This document shows, in pieces, positions 58,343 through 64,000 of a DNA stretch of 64,000 bases. The notes under the pieces are model-generated. The model searched no databases, was not told where the DNA came from, and saw only the letters and a list, made by a program, of their open reading frames with translations. Positions within the stretch are counted from its first letter, which is position 1, and every line of letters starts with the position of its first letter. Origin of the DNA: a virus (Duplodnaviria; Caudoviricetes). The stretch lies in the IMG/VR virus record IMGVR_UViG_3300028844_006787, one strand, 5' to 3'. Position numbers and translations under genes: made by a program.

Positions 58343-58883
58343 ATAACGAAGTTCTAAGACCTGTATGTTGTTCAAACGCATCACGAAGCATATCCGCATA
58401 AATTCCTTTTGCCTTGCTTTTTACTTTTTCTTTGTAGTTTCTTACCGAAAGAAATTCAACATCGTAAGTGTCCATGCTATTCAAATTAATACGAACATAA
58501 TTTACACCTTTTGAATTTCTTCCGATTTTAAATACAACTCCTTTTGGTCCCAAAAAGAAATCTTTTGCTCCAGTCATTGCAATGAAACGACCACCACCTA
58601 GTTGTTTAATAACTTCAGCACCTTGTCGTTTATCCATTCCTTCTGTTATGGATTTCAATTCTTCCTTAATAATTTCTTTGAGTTTTTCTTTGATGTCACT
58701 TATAGGAATAATATCTTCTTCACCCGAAGATGGTTTTACTTTTACAAAGTTGTGTGCGAAACCTTTTCCTTTTCCACCGAGTTTAAGCACTTTTGCTTTT
58801 TTATTATTTTTAAGAGTTACAGTATCTCCGACTTTTAATTCTTCACGAATTATTTCTTTTAGTTTTTGTTTTGTGATTTTCAT
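58341..58883 (-). CDS. double-leader two-module protein
   Basis: MKITKQKLKEIIREE + SH3/KOW-like LKVGDTV; internal KLKEIIKEELKSITE + QLGGGRFIAMTGAK module. Confidence 0.8.
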   Translation of the reverse strand: MKITKQKLKEIIREELKVGDTVTLKNNKKAKVLKLGGKGKGFAHNFVKVKPSSGEEDIIPISDIKEKLKEIIKEELKSITEGMDKRQGAEVIKQLGGGRFIAMTGAKDFFLGPKGVVFKIGRNSKGVNYVRINLNSMDTYDVEFLSVRNYKEKVKSKAKGIYADMLRDAFEQHTGLRTSL

Positions 58884-59782
58884 TTTTTGATTCCTAACTT
58901 TGCAAGAAACTTTTTCATTTTACCTACATCAGTTTGCAGTTCAAATCTATCTTTAGCATTTACTTTCCAATATGCTTTAAACAACTTGATAAGTGTTTTT
59001 TCATCGTATTGAGTATCATCTGACATAAATTTAGCAAAATCACGTTCGGTGTAGTGATCCATTGCATTACTAAGTTGATCAATTAGAAAATCATAATCGG
59101 ACATTGCTTCCGTTACAAAATCTTCTTTAAGTGATGCTTGTAGTTTTTTTAAAATCTTAGCAATGTGTTTTTTAACATCACCTCTAAGTCTACTTTTGTT
59201 TTTTGCAACAATGTCGGCAAGATAATCTACTTTGAAATACTTTAATCCTTTTGTAGTTGCCATAGGATGTGATTCATATCCAAGTGCGTTGATTAAACCA
59301 ACTGCAAGTTGTTGCTCAAGTGAAGATAAAGCACTTGCGTCTATATTTGCTCCACCTTCTTCTGAAATGCCTTCACGTCTCATGCGTTTTCCACGTTTAT
59401 TGGTTTTTCCACCACGTTCATCCCAAACAGAACCCTTGCATTGTTTCATTGCCTCGGAATAAGAATAACCCATTCCCATGTAATCTTGAATGCAGTCGTG
59501 CATTTCTTCGTTGATTGCTTCTGCAAGACGAACTTCACGTTTGTCTCCACCATAAAGTGTTACAGTTGAAGTGCGACCTTTTTTTTGTACATCAACGTGA
59601 CCTTTTAGTTTTCCACTATCATGCACCTTAACAACAACTCCATCGTGGTTACCATTAAATTTTACTTCATCACCAACTTTAAACTTTTGGTTTTCATTAA
59701 CAAGTTCTAATAACACTTCACGAATAATATCTTTAATCTTGTGATGTGATTCTGTTTCATTTGTTTCCTGTGAATTTTCCAT
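58880..59782 (-). CDS. four-module protein (start revised to MENSQ)
   Basis: KIKDIIREVLLELVNE leader; INE, ISE, VTE junctions; TATTTATT 3 nt upstream. Confidence 0.8.
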   Translation of the reverse strand: MENSQETNETESHHKIKDIIREVLLELVNENQKFKVGDEVKFNGNHDGVVVKVHDSGKLKGHVDVQKKGRTSTVTLYGGDKREVRLAEAINEEMHDCIQDYMGMGYSYSEAMKQCKGSVWDERGGKTNKRGKRMRREGISEEGGANIDASALSSLEQQLAVGLINALGYESHPMATTKGLKYFKVDYLADIVAKNKSRLRGDVKKHIAKILKKLQASLKEDFVTEAMSDYDFLIDQLSNAMDHYTERDFAKFMSDDTQYDEKTLIKLFKAYWKVNAKDRFELQTDVGKMKKFLAKLGIKK

Positions 59783-59841
59783 AACAATAAATATATATTT
59801 GTTTGATAAAGAATTCAACCAAATATAGTGAATTATGGATA

Positions 59842-60411
59842 TTATTCGTTCATTTCAGGAATATCTAAGTATAATTTGGTAGTTGGATTGCCATTGGCAT
59901 CTTTATCAACTACTTTGATTATCTTACACTTCTTTGGATTTGCTACAAATTTCTTTGGTTCTCCATCTGAATCAAGTAATCTATGTAGTCCTGGTTTTGG
60001 GTTGATTTCAACACACTCTAATAAGTCTTTTCCATTGTGTTCACCTGCATCATATGAATGAGGATATAATCCTTCTTCTTGATTTAAGTAACCAATTATT
60101 CGTCCGTATTTTAATGTACTTCCAATTTTATACGAAACATACTTACCAACATCAAATGTTTCTTTTTTAAATAGATTTCTTCTTGGTGTATATCGTTTTA
60201 GTTTGCTTCGTTTTGTTTTGAATCTTTTTAATTGAGAAGATGCAGTTTCAATTTGCTCAAGTGTTTTGGGATCAATCTCAATACACTCTATCGTTGGATC
60301 ACTTGGATCGTCTGATAATATTGCTACAATTTCTCCGATTCTTTTTTTACCTTTTACGGATACGGTTTCTTTTATCGTATCTCCGATTTTCAATGATCTC
60401 TTTTTAGTCAT
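59842..60411 (-). CDS. hypothetical protein with two tandem SH3/KOW-like repeats
   Basis: LKIGDTI...GEIV..ECIEIDPK repeated as FDVGKYV...GRII..ECVEINPK. Confidence 0.7.
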   Translation of the reverse strand: MTKKRSLKIGDTIKETVSVKGKKRIGEIVAILSDDPSDPTIECIEIDPKTLEQIETASSQLKRFKTKRSKLKRYTPRRNLFKKETFDVGKYVSYKIGSTLKYGRIIGYLNQEEGLYPHSYDAGEHNGKDLLECVEINPKPGLHRLLDSDGEPKKFVANPKKCKIIKVVDKDANGNPTTKLYLDIPEMNE

Positions 60412-60429
60412 GCTATTCTTTCTTTAATA

Positions 60430-63400
60430 TTATTCAGTAACTACATCAAACTCAGTCCATGTTTGAGTTGCAAAGTTGTAGTACATTTCAGGTGTAACAT
60501 ACAACCAATTATTTTCGTGTGGAAGATACACATAAGGAAAATAAGCACTACTTGTCCAAATCCACCCTAGTGTATCTTGGTACAACCAAAAGGAATCAAA
60601 TGAAGTAGTCCAATCAGCATACATCCATCCTAAATCAACTTGATAAATCCAACTTGAGGAAGTCTCCTTGAAGTAATAACCGAACCACTCTGTGTAGTAC
60701 CAATTGTTTCCTACGGAAGTAGCAGTTTCCCACGCACTCTTAACAACAGGAGGAGCATCAGGAGCAACTGAATAATCATAGGTTACATTCTCTACAATAG
60801 TTTCTTCTTGAGTACCATTTACATCCTCACCATAGAATTCTTCTTGAGTATCTTCTTCATACACGGTGGTGTTAGCATCTTCATAAACCTCTTCGGTAGT
60901 ATCTTCGTAAGTAGAATTATCTTCTTCAAAATAAATCTCTTCGGTGGTAATAACCACAACCGAATCACTTGAATTCATTTCATAGGTATCTTCTTCGTTG
61001 GTGTATAGTGTTACGTTATCATCAACAATAATTACTACATTATCATCGGTAGTGTAAGTAACATTATCTTCATCAAACTCATATACACTTTCTGTATTCT
61101 CAATGATAATAACATTAGTTTCAGTATTAACGATAGTGGTATTATCTTCGGTGATTGCAACATCAACAACGTTATCAATTACTACCACCGAATTTTCAGT
61201 TTCAATTTGAATAGTCTCAGGAATCTCTGAAGTGTAATTAGCAAGATTCAATTCAAAACCACCCACATAATCAATGAACTCGGAAGTTTCATTAGAGTAT
61301 TCCAAGAACTTTCCGTGCAATACTTCAGTTCCAAGCAGATTGTGGTCTGCAAAAATTAAGTCTGTTTTGCCTTCGGAATGACCACCATAAATAAGTTGCT
61401 CACCGGCATTATCAAGTGCAAGATAATAAGTAGAAGTATCAGAAGTATTCCATGAGATTTCAATTCCACCTTCAATCGTATTAAAGTAAACTCCGAAAAG
61501 TGGTTGTTCTTCAGTTTCTTCAATTACTTCATTGTTTACATCTTCATAAACATATTCTTCTTCAGTTGTTTCAAAACTTGCGTTATCGTCTTCGTAAACA
61601 TACTCGGTTGCAGAACCATTGTCATCGGTAGCAACAGGATCAACACCAATTCCAATCGTACCAACTCCAACAAATGCTTCTACTTCACCTTGAGTTTCGT
61701 ATAAATCCTCAATTCCGTTGAAGTTTTTGTCTATAATAAGAAACGATTGATGACGAACTCCATCGTTGGTTCCTGCGTTTAATGCAGTTCTAACATAATT
61801 GTGAGTAGTTTCTCCGTTGGTAACCGAAACAACAAACATTCCTTCAAAGTTTGATGGAAAATGATTTAGTTCAAACACCGCACAATTGTTTTGAGCAGTT
61901 GCCATGTGCATTTCATTGTTGATTACCAAAGTAACATCAGTTTGATATGGAGTATCAATTCCAACAAAGATAGAATAATCATCAGCAGACTGATAATGAT
62001 TCTTGTAACCAAAGAAATAATAATCTTCGGTATAACGACTTGTGTGTTGCTTGTATTGTGGGAATTGCAAAGTTTGCTTGTATAATCCAATATCAAACCT
62101 TGAGGAACTTAAATCATTTGAAGTACCCAACGCAATATTGCTTGGACTTCCATCACCATAGGATCCTGCTTCAAGAGTACCACTAATAGTTTTAACGTGT
62201 TCTCCTGTAACCTTGCTTACAATAACATCATAGTTAACTCCACGATTGTCGGTATAATAATAACCATCACTTCCAAGATGCTTACCAAACCAAGATGGAA
62301 TTCCAAAACTATCTACACTATGCTTACGAATAGGACTTGACCACCAAAACTCTCCTTTGTTGTTGTCAGCAAAAGCACAAAACACCTTGCTAGTTCCACG
62401 AAACCTTGAGTCGTTTACAAGAACTGCATAAAACTCGTTTGCAAGTTGCTCACCATTCATAAACGGAAGAGCATCTATATAACTACGAGTAGGAATTCCG
62501 TTTACCTCAGGAACAACTGAAGCATATAAATCAATTAGATTATCACGACTAGGACGAAACTCAGAATCTGCTTCGATTTTATCATAGTAACTTGCAAGCA
62601 CCTTCTTGATAAAGTTTTCATCGTGCTTTTGTAAGATTTGTTGTAATACCGCAGAAGCATTGTATCTATCATAGGTAGTAATATTATCAACCCAAAAACT
62701 ACCACCACCAAGAAACCTTTGGTGCTTTGATAAATCAAAAGTAGAAGTCTTAGAAGACCAATTAACCCAAGAACCACCCTCTACAATATCTTCGGATAAT
62801 TCATCACTTGGATATGCTTCTACATAGTCGTGTAGAATTTCATAAGCAAGACCTTCAGCACCTTCTTCAAATCCATAAAGTTCTTCTGAGAATCTCCAAT
62901 AATAATCGTTACTTGCGAAGTCGTATTTACCCTTCCACACATGAACAAGTTCGTGAACAAGCAATCGTGGATTCCATGAATTATCACATAGCATTCTGCG
63001 ACCTTGTTCAGTACACATCCAAGAACCATAGTTACCACCACGATTATAGAATTCACATACAAATGTTTCCGCAGGATTTCCAAGAGTATTCCGAATAATA
63101 GGAATAATCTTTTTTAGAAACTCACTTGTTCTATAAATCTCGTAACTAGTAAAATTAGTAAACTTAAAATAAACAACATCGTTATCAGAACCGATTTCAG
63201 CATCGTCTTCAATCAACATACTTGAAGAAACAACATACGTTTCTGTTGGAAGACTATTAGAATCGTTGGGATCAAATCCGTAACGAAGTTCTGCAACATC
63301 AGTCATTCCATCGTTATCACTATCAGTAAAGTCACCGATATAATTCTGAAGATAACTTAGATTTGTAGTAGAATTTGCAAACGCATTAAACGCAAACAAA

Positions 63401-63432
63401 ATTCCAATTAGGGTGTAGTTTATTATTTTCAT
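60430..63432 (-). CDS. large secreted gluzincin-like metallopeptidase with acidic stalk and Trp-rich C-terminal domain (start revised)
   Basis: Signal MKIINYTLIGILFAFNAFA; DSDNDGMTD Ca-binding repeat; LVHELVH...FEEG; D/E/T/V-rich linker; WYYTEWFGY...WIYQVDLGW...LGWIWT..FPY. Confidence 0.8.
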   Translation of the reverse strand: MKIINYTLIGILFAFNAFANSTTNLSYLQNYIGDFTDSDNDGMTDVAELRYGFDPNDSNSLPTETYVVSSSMLIEDDAEIGSDNDVVYFKFTNFTSYEIYRTSEFLKKIIPIIRNTLGNPAETFVCEFYNRGGNYGSWMCTEQGRRMLCDNSWNPRLLVHELVHVWKGKYDFASNDYYWRFSEELYGFEEGAEGLAYEILHDYVEAYPSDELSEDIVEGGSWVNWSSKTSTFDLSKHQRFLGGGSFWVDNITTYDRYNASAVLQQILQKHDENFIKKVLASYYDKIEADSEFRPSRDNLIDLYASVVPEVNGIPTRSYIDALPFMNGEQLANEFYAVLVNDSRFRGTSKVFCAFADNNKGEFWWSSPIRKHSVDSFGIPSWFGKHLGSDGYYYTDNRGVNYDVIVSKVTGEHVKTISGTLEAGSYGDGSPSNIALGTSNDLSSSRFDIGLYKQTLQFPQYKQHTSRYTEDYYFFGYKNHYQSADDYSIFVGIDTPYQTDVTLVINNEMHMATAQNNCAVFELNHFPSNFEGMFVVSVTNGETTHNYVRTALNAGTNDGVRHQSFLIIDKNFNGIEDLYETQGEVEAFVGVGTIGIGVDPVATDDNGSATEYVYEDDNASFETTEEEYVYEDVNNEVIEETEEQPLFGVYFNTIEGGIEISWNTSDTSTYYLALDNAGEQLIYGGHSEGKTDLIFADHNLLGTEVLHGKFLEYSNETSEFIDYVGGFELNLANYTSEIPETIQIETENSVVVIDNVVDVAITEDNTTIVNTETNVIIIENTESVYEFDEDNVTYTTDDNVVIIVDDNVTLYTNEEDTYEMNSSDSVVVITTEEIYFEEDNSTYEDTTEEVYEDANTTVYEEDTQEEFYGEDVNGTQEETIVENVTYDYSVAPDAPPVVKSAWETATSVGNNWYYTEWFGYYFKETSSSWIYQVDLGWMYADWTTSFDSFWLYQDTLGWIWTSSAYFPYVYLPHENNWLYVTPEMYYNFATQTWTEFDVVTE

Positions 63433-63475
63433 ATCTCTCATTTTTAATTCTCTAATAATCATTCTCAATACAAGT

Positions 63476-63504
63476 ACTGTACCAAAAATATTATAAAAAG
63501 TCAA
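63476..63504 (-). promoter_or_regulatory. conserved early promoter copy
   Basis: TTGACT-TTTTATAATATTTTTGG-TACAGT. Confidence 0.85.
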
Positions 63505-63512
63505 GCATTATT

Positions 63513-63824
63513 TTAACTCTCAATAATTTCTTCAATAGCATAATATGCCATTTTAGATTTTGCTCCAACATTCCAATTTAGAATCTCTACAGGATTTTTA
63601 CCCTTGTTTCCAAGATAAGCATTTCCGTTTTTCCAATTGTAGATTGTAGCAACTTTTCCATCGGATAATTCAATGTGCCATTCACAATCTACTTTTTTAT
63701 CAGGTGAAGCACCAAGTGGTGTTCCGAATGTTTTTAATAAATGTTCAAATGTAACAGATAACTCACCTTGAAGTGAAGTTCCGTTTACATTAATTTTTTT
63801 GTCGTTGTGTGTAAAAAAATTCAT
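63513..63824 (-). CDS. conserved phage hypothetical protein
   Basis: GTSLQG...FGTP...KVDCEW...ATIYNWK...WNVG. Confidence 0.75.
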   Translation of the reverse strand: MNFFTHNDKKINVNGTSLQGELSVTFEHLLKTFGTPLGASPDKKVDCEWHIELSDGKVATIYNWKNGNAYLGNKGKNPVEILNWNVGAKSKMAYYAIEEIIES

Positions 63825-64000
63825 TATGAATTTGCTACAAGTTCATCAAAGTGCTTATCATAATCAATCCAATATGCAGTAAATTCTTCCGCAAGAAATT
63901 CTCTTGCCCAACTTGGACTTTGATTATCAAAAGTAGGAAACCATCCTGCATCGTTTTTTACTTGATTATTGATCATCCACAATTTAACGGTTGTTGGAAC
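63824..64000 (-). CDS. partial hypothetical protein (5' end outside window)
   Basis: Open frame ...VPTTVKLWMINNQVKNDAGWFPTFD...ELVANS* with TAATG coupling. Confidence 0.55.
   Translation of the reverse strand, partial: VPTTVKLWMINNQVKNDAGWFPTFDNQSPSWAREFLAEEFTAYWIDYDKHFDELVANS

Noticed and set aside
15098-59793. TATAAATA on the + strand as canonical T4 late promoters
   Set aside because: In that orientation they would point away from the adjacent start codons; the motif tracks gene direction as TAYTTATA.
22735-63504. Repeated 24-29-bp element as a CRISPR array
   Set aside because: Copies are hundreds to thousands of bp apart with genes between them; no regular spacers and no cas genes.
1-64000. 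Eukaryotic giant-virus or bacterial-chromosome origin
   Set aside because: Sigma70 promoters, coupled operons, rIIA/rIIB and Tat/lipoprotein signals argue for a bacteriophage; no housekeeping operons are present.
1-64000. Stop-codon reassignment
   Set aside because: Long recognisable genes are intact in code 11, and TAA, TAG and TGA all terminate coupled genes.
1-64000. tRNA/rRNA genes, introns, inteins, transposases
   Set aside because: No cloverleaf/T-loop, splicing or transposase motifs recognised by eye; tRNAscan-SE and Infernal were not run, so absence is not proven.

Overview
AT-rich, densely coding, almost entirely minus-strand 64 kb segment that reads as part of a large (jumbo/huge) T4-like tailed-phage genome rather than a cellular chromosome or eukaryotic virus. 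It carries rIIA/rIIB, ClpP, an ATP-dependent DNA ligase, a PHP-less DnaE, UvsE, cyclophilin, a 2Fe-2S ferredoxin, many small phage-type hypotheticals and sigma70-type promoters. Host-derived genes point, by inference, to a marine PVC host, probably Verrucomicrobia/Opitutales: a DUF1549/DUF1553 + Tat-exported DUF1501 pair, a stand-alone Aas acyl-ACP synthetase domain, and a secreted metallopeptidase with a Trp-rich C-terminal domain. Main structure beyond the ORFs: (1) two arrays of proteins with a shared MK(I/L)xKxxLKxI(I/V)xEE leader, built from shuffled modules joined at [ILV]xE sites, a candidate capsid-targeted, protease-processed cargo/polyprotein system; (2) a near-identical 29-bp early promoter repeated ahead of accessory gene cassettes; (3) a TAYTTATA motif (reverse complement of the T4 late promoter) just upstream of start codons, with widespread leaderless initiation; (4) about 15 glycosyl-/sulfo-/methyl-transferases; (5) a ~1.4 kb non-coding region with polarity-switching repeats and dyad sites; (6) a candidate sRNA, micropeptides and a Cys-rich lipoprotein that the ORF track misses. 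All family calls come from motif recognition by eye; no searches were run.
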